Of a stretch of 64,000 nt of DNA, positions 40,080-50,281 are shown piece after piece. Position 1 is the stretch's first letter; every line of letters starts with the position of its first letter. The stretch comes from Bacillota bacterium (GTDB taxonomy: Bacteria; Bacillota; Clostridia; Oscillospirales; Ruminococcaceae): the NCBI GenBank assembly GCA_023391005.1, contig JAEWBS010000112.1, forward strand, positions 2,143 through 66,142, read 5' to 3'. The position numbers were made by a program, and so were the translations under genes. Under the pieces are notes generated by a model that was given only the letters and a program-made list of their open reading frames with translations, had not been told where the DNA came from and searched no databases.

Positions 40080-40979
40080 ATGAGCAACATTTTGGAGGGC
40101 GCGTGGGACCTGCATGTACACAGCGGACCCGACGTCATCAAACGGAAGCTAACCGATGACGAAATGATGCAGCGTTTGATTGCGAACAAAATGAAAGGCT
40201 ACGCCATCAAATCGCATATTTCGTCCACCACAGGCCGCGCGGCGCTGGTCAACGCGCTTTATCCCGACGCTACCGCTGTGGGCACCATCACCCTGAATAA
40301 CACCGTCGGCGGCATTAATCCTTTTGCGGTGGAAATGGCCATCAGGGACGGCGCAAAGCTGGTCTGGCTGCCCACCATCGACGCCAAGAACGAGAGCGAC
40401 CACATCGCCGCCAATATGGCACATGCGGCCGATAAAACCAAAATGCCGTTTTTTGCAAAGCTTCGCGTGGAGTTGGACGAAAAGGGAAAGCTTCAGCCGC
40501 CCATCTGGATTTTAGACGAAAACGGCGCGCTGATTCCCGCCATGCAAGCCGTGCTTGACGTTATCATCGAGCATAATATCGCGCTGGCCACCGGGCATAT
40601 CAGCGTCAAAGAGGCGTTTGCCGTCGCGCGTGAGTGTCACAGGCGCGGCTTTAAAAAGCTGATTATCACGCATCCAAACTTCCCTTCCACAACCTTTACC
40701 AAGGAGGAGCAAAAGGAACTAGCGGCGCTTGACGCCTATATGGAGCACTGCTTCACCACCCCCGACACGGGCAAAATCACTTGGGAACGCGCCTTTGAGG
40801 AAATCCGGTATGTGGGTCCGGCGCACTGCATCATCTCCACCGATCTGGGCCAGCCGACCTATGTGTATCCGGACGAGGGCATCGCGGGCTTTGCAAACCA
40901 GCTTCTCACCCACGGCTTCAGTGAGGACGAGGTCAGGACCATGATATGCCACAACCCCGAATATCTCATCAACGGATAG
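40080..40979 (+). CDS. amidohydrolase-fold protein (DUF6282-like)
   Basis: DLHVHSGPD, IKSH, ATGH, ITHP, STDLGQ metal-binding pattern. Confidence 0.78.
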   Translation: MSNILEGAWDLHVHSGPDVIKRKLTDDEMMQRLIANKMKGYAIKSHISSTTGRAALVNALYPDATAVGTITLNNTVGGINPFAVEMAIRDGAKLVWLPTIDAKNESDHIAANMAHAADKTKMPFFAKLRVELDEKGKLQPPIWILDENGALIPAMQAVLDVIIEHNIALATGHISVKEAFAVARECHRRGFKKLIITHPNFPSTTFTKEEQKELAALDAYMEHCFTTPDTGKITWERAFEEIRYVGPAHCIISTDLGQPTYVYPDEGIAGFANQLLTHGFSEDEVRTMICHNPEYLING

Positions 40980-40989
40980 GAGAATCAAC

Positions 40990-41724
40990 ATGTTTGACAA
41001 AAATCAAAATGTGCTGGTCGTAAGCGGGCATGCCGCCGATTTTGTGTGGCGCGCCGGCGGTACCATCGCCAAGTACATCGCACACGGAGCAAAGGTTAAA
41101 ATCATTATACTTAGTCTGGGCGTCAGAGGAGAATCAAACGATCTTTGGGATCAGCCCGGGCAGACCGCCGATAATGTTAAAACAATCCGCCGTGCCGAGG
41201 CGACGGCCGCCGCAAACTGCCTTGGCGTGACTGATGTTGAATTTTGGGATTATGATGATTACTACATGCAGCTTGAGGACGCGGATAAGATAGATCGCAT
41301 GGCAACGCTAATCCGCGAATTTGAACCGCATCACATCATCACCCACGGCGAAAAGGATTTGCTCAATCCTGACCATGACGCAGTCAATCGCTTTGTCTTT
41401 AAGGCGAGCGTACTGGCCATCTCAAACGGTGTGCAGCTCGGCAACACCAAAACCTCTAAACAGACGCGCATCTTCGGCTTTGAGCCGCACCAGCCTGAAA
41501 TCTGTGATTTTAAGCCTGAGGTAATCATCGACATCACCGAGACGATGGACGCCAAAAAAGCCGCGATGAACTGCTATAAAGCGCAGGGACATCTGATCGA
41601 ATACTACACGGTTCGCGCCTTTGTCCGCGGAAATCACGCAAGACGTCTTTCAGGTAATAAAAGCTATAAATTTGCCGAAGCCTTTAACAGAAGATTTCCC
41701 TATGTTGGCGAATGGCTTGTTTAA
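40990..41724 (+). CDS. galB: PIG-L family 4-oxalomesaconate hydratase-like protein
   Basis: VVSGHAADFVWRAGG, RGES..LW, DH, FEPHQPE.C.FKP, Q.HL.EYYT resemble Pseudomonas GalB as I recall it. Confidence 0.8.
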   Translation: MFDKNQNVLVVSGHAADFVWRAGGTIAKYIAHGAKVKIIILSLGVRGESNDLWDQPGQTADNVKTIRRAEATAAANCLGVTDVEFWDYDDYYMQLEDADKIDRMATLIREFEPHHIITHGEKDLLNPDHDAVNRFVFKASVLAISNGVQLGNTKTSKQTRIFGFEPHQPEICDFKPEVIIDITETMDAKKAAMNCYKAQGHLIEYYTVRAFVRGNHARRLSGNKSYKFAEAFNRRFPYVGEWLV

Positions 41725-41800
41725 TAATTGAATTTTAGACAATATTGTGAGACAATTATGCAGTCTCCTCCACTGAGAGGAGCTTGTCCGGAGGTATGTT

Positions 41801-42706
41801 ATGATGGAAAAACCCGTTCTTGGATTTATCGGCTTTGGCGAAGCTGCTTTTTCCATTTGCAGCGGACTTGCTTTAACCTCCGCGCCGGTCGTATACGCCT
41901 ACGATGTCATGACCGACAGCGAGGCGGCCGGAGCGCTGATACACAGCCGTGCGGCGCAAGCCGGCGTTACGCTGGTCCGAACGCTTGAGCAGCTCGTTGA
42001 TAAAAGCGACGTCATCCTCTGCGCGACCAGCGCAAAATACGCGCTTTCTATCGCCAAAGAGGCAACGGCCTTTTTAAGACCCAGAAAAATATATGCCGAT
42101 ATGAACTCCGCTTCGCCCATGGTCAAGCGCGAAATTGCGCAGGTTGTCGATGCCACCGGCGCACACTTTGCAGACAGCGCCGTTATGGAAATTGTTCCCC
42201 CACACAGGCACAAGGTTCCGATTGCCGCGAGCGGAAGCGGCGCCAAGGTATTTGCGTCGCTGCTCAACCCACTGCAAATGAATATTGTCTACATCAACGA
42301 CACCGCGGGCAGCGCCTCATCAATGAAGATGTTCCGAAGCATTTTTATGAAAGGAATGACCGCACTGCTTACCGAAACGCTGCTGGCCTCTTATCAGGCC
42401 GGCGTGTGCGATGAGGTCATGGATTCCATCACAAAGACGCTTACCGAAAAAACGCCCGAGCAGCTGGCAAACCTACTGATAAACCGCACCGCCATTGCCG
42501 CCGAACGCCGCGTAAGTGAAATGAAGGACGTAAAGGCAACCTTGGAAGAGCTTGGATTGCCGACCTTTGCAACCGAAGGAACGATAAGCCGGCTGCAATG
42601 GTTCTGCGATTTAGGCCTTAAGGAATACTTTAACGCTACAGCGCCGGTAGATTATCACGATGTACTCAGAGCAGCAACCGAACTGAATACAAAAGGAGAA
42701 AAGTAA
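41801..42706 (+). CDS. 6PGD/HIBADH-like NAD(P) oxidoreductase (DUF1932)
   Basis: GFIGFGEAA, DMNSASP, KMFRSIFMKG, RRVSEM. Confidence 0.82.
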   Translation: MMEKPVLGFIGFGEAAFSICSGLALTSAPVVYAYDVMTDSEAAGALIHSRAAQAGVTLVRTLEQLVDKSDVILCATSAKYALSIAKEATAFLRPRKIYADMNSASPMVKREIAQVVDATGAHFADSAVMEIVPPHRHKVPIAASGSGAKVFASLLNPLQMNIVYINDTAGSASSMKMFRSIFMKGMTALLTETLLASYQAGVCDEVMDSITKTLTEKTPEQLANLLINRTAIAAERRVSEMKDVKATLEELGLPTFATEGTISRLQWFCDLGLKEYFNATAPVDYHDVLRAATELNTKGEK

Positions 42707-42707
42707 G

Positions 42708-43748
42708 ATGAACAAGAAGATTATGGCAGTCTTATTATCCGCAATGATGGTTTTCAGTCTTGCAGCCTGTGCAAGCTCCTCCAAGCCTTCTTCGTCTTCC
42801 ACGGCAGCTGCATCGCAGTCCGGCGCAGCTTCTTCCGAAGTCGCGCCGCCTAAGCTGGATTATCCTAAGCGTGCCATCGAGATGGTTGTTCCCTTCGGCG
42901 CTGGCGGCTCCGCCGACATGATGGCCAGAACCGTCGCGCAGCTGATGGGCAACTACATCGACAAGCCGATCAACGTTGTCAATAAGGCCGGCGGCGGCAG
43001 CACCAACGGTCTGGTTTACGCCAATGAGCAGGATGCCGACGGCTACACCATCCTTGAAATTACGCCGTCGCTGCCGATTATCGAAGCGCAGGGTACCGCA
43101 CCGATCAATTTTTCCGAGTGTTTTGTGCCGATCGGCAACTTTCAAGTGGATATCCAGTCCTTTGCCATCAGCAAAAAGAACCCTAACTTCACCGATCTTG
43201 ACAGCATGATCGCTTATGCCAAGGCGCATCCCAATGCCGTGAAGGTGGGCGGCACCTCGCCCGGCGGCCTTGACGATTACATCGTGAAGGGCTTTGCGGA
43301 GGCAGCCGGGATTGAGCTTCTATATGTCCCGTACAATTCCGCGGCCGAAACCAAATCGGCGCTGCTCGGCGGCGAAATCGACATTTATCAAGACAAGCTC
43401 ATCTCGTTTTTACAGATGCTGCAGACCGACGAAGTTGTGCCGATCGTCACGCTGTACAACCGCCGACTCACCGAAGTCGAGGAAATGAAAAATGTTCCCT
43501 GCTCTGTTGAAAAGGGCATCAACTTTACTCAGGGCTCCTGGAGAGGCTTCGCCGTCAAGAAGGGCACCCCTCAGGAAATTGTGGATTACCTTGAGGAGAT
43601 TATTAAAAAGGTCTATGAATCCGACGAATACCGCAAAATGGCTGAAAATGATAAGTCCGATCTCATACCCGGCTACATGGATGCCAAAACCTACGCCAAG
43701 CTCTGGCAGGATGAGCTGGTAGGCTACAAGAGAATCTTCAGCAAATAA
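42708..43748 (+). CDS. tctC: tripartite tricarboxylate transporter binding lipoprotein
   Basis: LAAC lipobox, VPFGAGGSAD..AR, NKAGGG, DGYT, WRGF. Confidence 0.9.
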   Translation: MNKKIMAVLLSAMMVFSLAACASSSKPSSSSTAAASQSGAASSEVAPPKLDYPKRAIEMVVPFGAGGSADMMARTVAQLMGNYIDKPINVVNKAGGGSTNGLVYANEQDADGYTILEITPSLPIIEAQGTAPINFSECFVPIGNFQVDIQSFAISKKNPNFTDLDSMIAYAKAHPNAVKVGGTSPGGLDDYIVKGFAEAAGIELLYVPYNSAAETKSALLGGEIDIYQDKLISFLQMLQTDEVVPIVTLYNRRLTEVEEMKNVPCSVEKGINFTQGSWRGFAVKKGTPQEIVDYLEEIIKKVYESDEYRKMAENDKSDLIPGYMDAKTYAKLWQDELVGYKRIFSK

Positions 43749-43830
43749 TAAATGAACTGCGGTCTGGGGTATAAGCGCCCACAAATCGCTGTGGGCGCTT
43801 GTACCCTGCCGCCATCAGGGAGTGAAATGA

Positions 43831-44307
43831 ATGGAACTGCTTTTCAACCTGTTTATCGGCTGTGTGCTGCTGATGTTTTTGTTTTGCGGTGCGACGATAT
43901 CCAATACTTCGGTAGCGGCCGACCATCTTGGCGCCGGCGGCTTTCCGATGATATTCGCTGTGATTGGGCTCGTGTTACTGTCCTGTGGTACCCTACAAAC
44001 CCTGCGCGCACCCAAGGCCGCCGCAGCGCCCTCGGGCGTAACGGTTATGGATTATAAGCGTGTGGGTGTTATTGTTCTTCTGTTGCTCGCTTACATCCTG
44101 ACCATCAAGTCACTGGGCTTCGCCATTGTCACCCTGCTCTTCACAGCCGGAAGCATTACGGCGCTGGGTTACAAATCGTATGGCAAAACCGCTGTTTTCT
44201 CACTGCTGTTCACTGTCATGCTGATCGTCATTTTCGGCCGCGTTTTCTTTATCGCGCTGCCCCGTGGCATCGGCGTTATCAAAGAATTCAGCTACTACTT
44301 GTATTGA
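43831..44307 (+). CDS. tctB: tripartite tricarboxylate transporter small subunit
   Basis: GAGGFP, LGF, F.IALPRG. Confidence 0.85.
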   Translation: MELLFNLFIGCVLLMFLFCGATISNTSVAADHLGAGGFPMIFAVIGLVLLSCGTLQTLRAPKAAAAPSGVTVMDYKRVGVIVLLLLAYILTIKSLGFAIVTLLFTAGSITALGYKSYGKTAVFSLLFTVMLIVIFGRVFFIALPRGIGVIKEFSYYLY

Positions 44308-44320
44308 GGAGGAGAATAAG

Positions 44321-45805
44321 ATGGTTATACAAGGTTTAATGAATGTCTTTTCTCCTGTGACGCTGCTGCTGGTCATCGTTGGCACCACCTGGGGGCTCAC
44401 CGCCGGTGCGCTGCCGGGCTTAAGCGCCTCTATGGCGGTTATACTGATGCTGCCCTTCACCTACGGTATGGAGGCAATTCAGAGCGTGGTTGTGTTGGTC
44501 GCGGTCTATGTTGGCGCCATGTGCGGTGGCTCTATCTCGGCCATCCTGCTTAAAACGCCCGGCACCCCCAGCGCGGTTGCCACCGTATTTGACGGCTATC
44601 CGATGGCTCTTCAGGGTAAAGCATCACGCGCAATCGGTCTCTCGATCACCGCCTCCTCGGTGGGCGGCATTTTCTCGGGCCTTATCATGGTCGCCTTTGC
44701 GCCGTTGCTGGCTCAGTGGGCGTTAAAATTTCAAAGCGCCGAGTTTTTTGCGCTGTCGTTGCTGGGCCTGAGCTGCATCGCCAGCATCGGCTCGGAGCAG
44801 CCGGTCAAAGCGCTGCTTTCGGCCTGCCTCGGACTGCTGATTTCCACCGTGGGCCTAGACGCCATCTCCGGCGCGCAACGCTATACCTTTAACCAACAGT
44901 TTTTGATGAACGGCATCGACTACATCCCGGTTATGATCGGCGCCTATGCCCTTGCCGAGGTTTACCGCAATGTGTTACTCGGTAAGAAGACACAGTCAGA
45001 TACGGCGCCGGACGGCAAGGTTAAAACCGAAATTATCGGAATCAAAAACATTATTCAGTACTGGCAAACTTATCTCAAGTCGTCGATTATAGGCACAATT
45101 GTAGGTATTATTCCCGCGGCGGGCGGCTCTATTGCGGCGCTGATCAGCTACAGCGAAGCAGTTCGTTCCAGCAAGACCCCCGAACGGTTCGGCAAGGGCG
45201 CCGATGAGGGCGTAATCGCCTCCGAAGCCGCGAACAACGCTGCGGTGGGCGGATCGCTCGTACCGACGCTGGTGCTCGGCATTCCCGGCGGCACCGTTGC
45301 GGCAATTCTGCTGGCGGCGTTTACGATGCACGGCATGATCCCCGGCCCGCTGCTGCTGAGAAACCAGCCCGATATGCTTTACAGCATCCTATTCGGCATC
45401 ATTGTTTCCTCGTTGCTGCTGTTTGTACTCGGCATCTTTGTTGCGCGCCAATTTTCACGCATTGTAACGCTTCCCTATCCGTTTTTGGCTACCATCATCA
45501 TGACACTGGGCCTGCTCGGCTCCTATTCGCTGCGCAACAGTATTTATGATGTGATGATTATGTTTGGCTTCAGCTTCCTCGGCTTTATGTTTGACAAGTA
45601 CAATTATTCGACCTCCTCGTTTATTCTGGGTATTGTGCTCGGCGCAATTGCTGAAAACGGCCTGAGAAAGCAGATGATCGTTTCCGGCGGAAGCTGGGCC
45701 GGTTTTTTCACCCGTCCAATCGCGCTGGTCGTGCTTATTGTCAGCGTTATTTCCTTCCTGACACCCTATATTCGCGCAAAGCGCAAGCTCAAGCAAGCCC
45801 AATAA
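44321..45805 (+). CDS. tctA: tripartite tricarboxylate transporter large subunit
   Basis: GALPGL, PGTPSA..T.FDGYPM, SEAANNA, LGIPG, PGP. Confidence 0.93.
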   Translation: MVIQGLMNVFSPVTLLLVIVGTTWGLTAGALPGLSASMAVILMLPFTYGMEAIQSVVVLVAVYVGAMCGGSISAILLKTPGTPSAVATVFDGYPMALQGKASRAIGLSITASSVGGIFSGLIMVAFAPLLAQWALKFQSAEFFALSLLGLSCIASIGSEQPVKALLSACLGLLISTVGLDAISGAQRYTFNQQFLMNGIDYIPVMIGAYALAEVYRNVLLGKKTQSDTAPDGKVKTEIIGIKNIIQYWQTYLKSSIIGTIVGIIPAAGGSIAALISYSEAVRSSKTPERFGKGADEGVIASEAANNAAVGGSLVPTLVLGIPGGTVAAILLAAFTMHGMIPGPLLLRNQPDMLYSILFGIIVSSLLLFVLGIFVARQFSRIVTLPYPFLATIIMTLGLLGSYSLRNSIYDVMIMFGFSFLGFMFDKYNYSTSSFILGIVLGAIAENGLRKQMIVSGGSWAGFFTRPIALVVLIVSVISFLTPYIRAKRKLKQAQ

Positions 45806-45894
45806 TTGATATTGCTTTATATACATAAAAGCCTTATCATGATAAAATAAATCTTGGTATTAAATAACAGAAACCACTTGTTGAGGTGATATAT

Positions 45895-46536
45895 ATGGTT
45901 CGTGCCAATGAAATAGCATATGCGTATATTAAGTCCAGAATACAGGACGGCACCTTCCGTCCTGCGCAGCGTCTTGTAGAGGCGCAGCTTGTCGAGGATA
46001 TCGGCGTCAGCCGCAATACCATCAAAAAAGCGTTGATGCTGCTTTCACGCGAGGGGCTGATTACGATTGAGGACAACAAAGGCGCCACCATCCGTTCGCT
46101 GGATCTGGGCGAGGTGATCGAATACTATGAAATTCGGATTGCGCTTGAAAAAATTGTGATTCAGCACGCTGCTAAAAATATCACCCCAAGCGACTTGGAC
46201 GAGATGGCCGCATTGCTTGACAGAATGAAGGCGTTGAGCGCCCAAAAGGATTTTGACACCTACAGCGAATGCAACCGTCAATTCCACAACGTGATTTATA
46301 GGGCGTCACAGAAGCCGATCATCGCAGATATCATACAAAATATCAAAACCCAGCTTAAGCGCTTTCAGATCAAAACGATGCTTGTTCCCGGGCGGGCAGA
46401 CCATTCGATGGAGGAGCATGAAGCTATTTTGAACGCTTTGCGCAATCATGACGCCGTTGCGGCCGAAAAGATGATTATAACGCACGTTTCGCACGTCGTG
46501 GACACGATTGTGCAATACAAAAATCTTTTCTTTTAA
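45895..46536 (+). CDS. GntR/FCD regulator
   Basis: GVSRNTIKKAL, NRQFH, EH.AI. Confidence 0.92.
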   Translation: MVRANEIAYAYIKSRIQDGTFRPAQRLVEAQLVEDIGVSRNTIKKALMLLSREGLITIEDNKGATIRSLDLGEVIEYYEIRIALEKIVIQHAAKNITPSDLDEMAALLDRMKALSAQKDFDTYSECNRQFHNVIYRASQKPIIADIIQNIKTQLKRFQIKTMLVPGRADHSMEEHEAILNALRNHDAVAAEKMIITHVSHVVDTIVQYKNLFF

Positions 46537-46555
46537 GGAAGGGAGAACTCTTAAA

Positions 46556-47245
46556 ATGAATCATTATAAGCCACTGCCGGAGCTGATTGACTGCCAGCTT
46601 GTCGCGCGCGCGGCCAAATTTGGCACGGCCCAGCTCTGTGACGGCATGAAGGGCCTTGGCATAGAGCGGGACGGCTGTATGGATTATGACATTATGCCGA
46701 TCGTTCCAAGCGTTAAAATGGTCGGCACAGCCTGTACGGTCGAAACGGAGGATGGCGATAATTTTCCGATTCATGTCGCTATCTACCAAGGCCGCCCCGG
46801 CTACGTGATGGTCATTGACGGCAAGGCCTGCTTTGATCGCGCCTATATGGGCGATCTGATGGGCGGCGCCGCCAAGGCGATCGGCCTTGAGGGCATCGTG
46901 GTGGATGGCTGTATCCGCGACCGGATCGGTCTGACCGATATGGGGCTCAATATTTTTGCCCGCGGATTTATACAGCGCGGCCCCTCTAAAAAGGGACCCG
47001 GCAAAATTAATGAGCCGGTGCGCTGCGGTGGTATTACCGTCAACCCGGGCGACCTTGTGGTGGGGGACTGCGACGGCATAACGGTCGTTCCCCGTGACCG
47101 CATTGAAGAGGTTTTGGCGCTGGCCGAAAAGAAGGATGCCTACGAGCAGCAACGCCGCGAAGCCATAGCCGAGTATACCCGCTGCCGCGAGGCCGGGCTG
47201 CCGCTGCCGGACCTGACCCCCGACTGGGTCAAGGAAATGCTGTAG
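46556..47245 (+). CDS. RraA/HMG-CHA aldolase family protein (GalC/LigK-like)
   Basis: GTACTV, GDN, MGDLM, DGCIRD, PGDLVVGDCDG. Confidence 0.85.
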   Translation: MNHYKPLPELIDCQLVARAAKFGTAQLCDGMKGLGIERDGCMDYDIMPIVPSVKMVGTACTVETEDGDNFPIHVAIYQGRPGYVMVIDGKACFDRAYMGDLMGGAAKAIGLEGIVVDGCIRDRIGLTDMGLNIFARGFIQRGPSKKGPGKINEPVRCGGITVNPGDLVVGDCDGITVVPRDRIEEVLALAEKKDAYEQQRREAIAEYTRCREAGLPLPDLTPDWVKEML

Positions 47246-47264
47246 GCTGCCAGTGTTTCTGACA

Positions 47265-47315
47265 ACGGTACATAAAAATCCCCCCGGCATAGCCGGGGGG
47301 ATTTTTATGTACCGT
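47265..47315. terminator. bidirectional terminator
   Basis: acggtacataaaaatccccccggc-ata-gccggggggatttttatgtaccgt. Confidence 0.8.
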
Positions 47316-47423
47316 ATATAAGCCATCGCTTCTGGCAGCGCACCAACCCGAAACGGCCCACCACCCCAAAAGCCTTTCCTGTTCATTCTGACCCACCTGT
47401 ATCAAGGGGGTGTTTCAGTCTGT

Positions 47424-48131
47424 TTACTCACCCTCGACCATGCGGTATCCCACACCCACCTCGGTGAAAATATAACGGGGCTTCGCGGGGTTTTTCTCGA
47501 GCTTGCGGCGGATTTTAGCCATATTGGCCCGCAGGTTTTGGGTATCGGCGCTGGCCTCGGGCCCCCAAATCTCACGGATGATAAAGTCGTAGGTCAACAC
47601 TCTGCCTGCATACTGTGCCAGCAGACAGACGATTTTATATTCGCTTTGGGTCAGGTGAATATCCTCGCCCCCGGCCTGCACCAGCCGCTTTTCAAAATCA
47701 AGGGTCAAATCGCCCGCGCGGTACGCCTGCGTATACACCGGGCTGGGCTTTCCCTCATAGGCGTGCGCGTGCCGCAAAGCCGCGCGGATGCGCGCCAGTA
47801 GCTCTCCGCCGCCGAAGGGCTTGGTAATAAAATCGTCCGCGCCAGCATCCAGCACCTCGATTTTATCCCGTTCCCGCGTTCGGGCCGAGACGACCACAAT
47901 CGGCAGCGCACCCCAGCGGCGGACCTTTCGGATAATCTCCAACCCGTCCATATCCGGCAGACCCAGATCTAAAATAATGAGATCGGGCCGATAGGCGTCG
48001 AGCATTTCGCAGGCTTCGCTGCCCGTATAGGCTCTTATCGCGTCGTAACCGTTAGCCGTCAACATCGTGCCGATGAGATAATTGATGCTGCGCTCATCCT
48101 CAATGACCATGATCTTTTCTTTGATTGCCAT
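47424..48131 (-). CDS. kdpE: KdpE-like response regulator
   Basis: LDLGLPDMDG, ELLARIRAALR, EKNPAKPRYIFTEVGVGYR. Confidence 0.88.
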   Translation of the reverse strand: MAIKEKIMVIEDERSINYLIGTMLTANGYDAIRAYTGSEACEMLDAYRPDLIILDLGLPDMDGLEIIRKVRRWGALPIVVVSARTRERDKIEVLDAGADDFITKPFGGGELLARIRAALRHAHAYEGKPSPVYTQAYRAGDLTLDFEKRLVQAGGEDIHLTQSEYKIVCLLAQYAGRVLTYDFIIREIWGPEASADTQNLRANMAKIRRKLEKNPAKPRYIFTEVGVGYRMVEGE

Positions 48132-49218
48132 GAACCGTTCCCTCCATCGGCAGTGTGAACTCAAATTCAGCGCCTGCATCCGCCTTGTTGCGGGCCGATA
48201 AGACGCCGCCATGCACTTTAATAATATCGCGGCAAACCAACAACCCGATACCCATGTTGCGTTTTTTATCTGCGCTGCTGGTGCTGGCCATCTCCATATA
48301 ATCGGCGTCGAGCGTGTTCATACGCGCGGCCGAAATGCCGCTGCCGTTATCGCTGACCGCAAAGCGCACCCAATCATCTACCCGTTCCACCTGAATGCGC
48401 AGTTCGGTGCAGCCCCCGTGAACCGCCGCGTTCTCCAACAGATTCCACAGCACCTGTTCAATCAGCATCGCGTCCATCGGCACCTCAAGCCAGCAATCCG
48501 GCACCTCCACCTCAATCGAGACACGCGGAAAGCGGCTTTGGAATTTTTCCACTACCTCGCCAATGACCTCTTCGGGAACCTCGGGTGACTTTTGGATACG
48601 ATAGGAGTTGCCGCCCACCCGGGTGATTGATAGCAGATTCTCGGCCATGCGCAGCATCCATTGCGCCTCGCTTTTGACGTTTTCAAGCAGCGTACGCTTC
48701 TCTTCGTCGCTTAGGCTGTCTTCGTTTTCGAGCGCCACGGTGGCGGAGCCTATAATCGAGGTCAGCGGCGTACGCAAATCATGCCCGACCGCCCGCAGCA
48801 GATTGGCGCGCAACCGTTCTTGCTCCGCCGCAATGCGCGTCTGCTCCTCCTCCTTAATCTGGCTGGTCAGCGTGCTGGTCACAATAGAGACGCTGAACAT
48901 CGTGATAAAAGTCAGCGGATAGCCCGTCATATGGGTACTAAACCGGTAATAGGGGTGGATAAAGGCATAGTTAACCACGATAACCGATATAAAGCTGGCC
49001 AGCGTACCGTACAGATAGCCCGTTGTAAAGCGCGATACAATCAGCACGCCCAGCACATAAATGAGGGAGGCGTGGCTTTCGTTGGCGCCGATGGGCTGCA
49101 GCAGCAGGCTCAAATCTAACGCGGCGGCCATCGTGACAATCAGCACGACGCTGTCTTGCCATTTAACCGAAAAGATAGGATGGCGTTTTCGTCTTGCCGA
49201 CCGCAGCTTTTTGTCCAT
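48100..49218 (-). CDS. short KdpD-like histidine kinase (membrane + kinase core only)
   Basis: Four TM segments, HDLRTPLT, NLLENA, GIGL; lacks the N-terminal KdpD/Usp domains. Confidence 0.85.
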   Translation of the reverse strand: MDKKLRSARRKRHPIFSVKWQDSVVLIVTMAAALDLSLLLQPIGANESHASLIYVLGVLIVSRFTTGYLYGTLASFISVIVVNYAFIHPYYRFSTHMTGYPLTFITMFSVSIVTSTLTSQIKEEEQTRIAAEQERLRANLLRAVGHDLRTPLTSIIGSATVALENEDSLSDEEKRTLLENVKSEAQWMLRMAENLLSITRVGGNSYRIQKSPEVPEEVIGEVVEKFQSRFPRVSIEVEVPDCWLEVPMDAMLIEQVLWNLLENAAVHGGCTELRIQVERVDDWVRFAVSDNGSGISAARMNTLDADYMEMASTSSADKKRNMGIGLLVCRDIIKVHGGVLSARNKADAGAEFEFTLPMEGTVHGNQRKDHGH

Positions 49219-49369
49219 ATGGATTGATCCCCCGCGCACATCTTTACTTGCTATCAGTATAACATGGCCTCCGCCCCCTTTCAAGAAAAAGGGGAGATTG
49301 GGTAAGCATAAAAAAGCGACCCGTTGCCACTTTTGCCCGCAACGGATCGCTTTTATTTGTACATATAGC

Positions 49370-50263
49370 CTATAAAGTTCTAACACCGGTATTAAATTTG
49401 GGACAATGCGCCCGCACCGTACACAGGTCGTTGACCACCTGACTGATCTGGATATCGCAGGTGGCGCTGACCAGCCGGTACGCGTCGGGGAAATTCAGAC
49501 CCAGCTTGCGTTCTAAAAATTCGGTGACATCGGCGACGGCGATTTTGGTTGCCTCTTCGAGCGTGGGAGCGGAAGCCAGAAAATAGAGGCCTTCGGCCGT
49601 TTCCACAACGGGCCGTTGGACGGTGCGGGTGCGGTCAACCGTGGTTTTGATGCAGATGCGGCCCGCTGTTTCAATGCCGGTTCCGCTGAGCTCACCGTCG
49701 CCCATGCAGGCGTGCAAATCTCCCACTGCCAACCCCGCGCCTTCTACCTGTACCGGCAGATAAACCCTTGACCCGGCCTTGATCATTTTTGTATCGAGGT
49801 TCGCGCCATGATCTCCGGGAACGGCACAGTGAACGCGCAGACCCGGCGCGGGCGCCACACCGCACACCCCGACCATCGGTGTCAGCGGCAGGTAAATCGA
49901 CTCTGAGAAATAAGCAAAGCCGTCACGGATCGGAATAATCTTGGTATCAGGTTCGGTGATTCGGTCGCCGAGCACCCCCAGCCCCTTTGAGGTGACCATA
50001 ACGCCGTGGTCGGCTAATTCAATCGCGATAATGTCAACGCATAGCATATCGCCGGGCTGCGCACCCTCGATGGCGATTGGACCGACCGAGCAGTCCATAA
50101 TCGAGATGTCAATATCGGGGCGCTTGACCGAAGCATCGGTAATCTGCCCGCTGTAGCAGTCGTCGGTTTCGACCCAAAAGGTTTCGCCGTCCCGCACATG
50201 ATACTGCGCGGGATTATCACCGGAAAAGTGGAAAATGACCTGATCCTTTGGAATAACACGCAT
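49370..50263 (-). CDS. acetamidase/formamidase family protein
   Basis: GPIAIEGAQPGD, HGANLD, GDLHACMGDGE. Confidence 0.92.
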   Translation of the reverse strand: MRVIPKDQVIFHFSGDNPAQYHVRDGETFWVETDDCYSGQITDASVKRPDIDISIMDCSVGPIAIEGAQPGDMLCVDIIAIELADHGVMVTSKGLGVLGDRITEPDTKIIPIRDGFAYFSESIYLPLTPMVGVCGVAPAPGLRVHCAVPGDHGANLDTKMIKAGSRVYLPVQVEGAGLAVGDLHACMGDGELSGTGIETAGRICIKTTVDRTRTVQRPVVETAEGLYFLASAPTLEEATKIAVADVTEFLERKLGLNFPDAYRLVSATCDIQISQVVNDLCTVRAHCPKFNTGVRTL

Positions 50264-50281
50264 GACCTTATCTCCCTTCTG

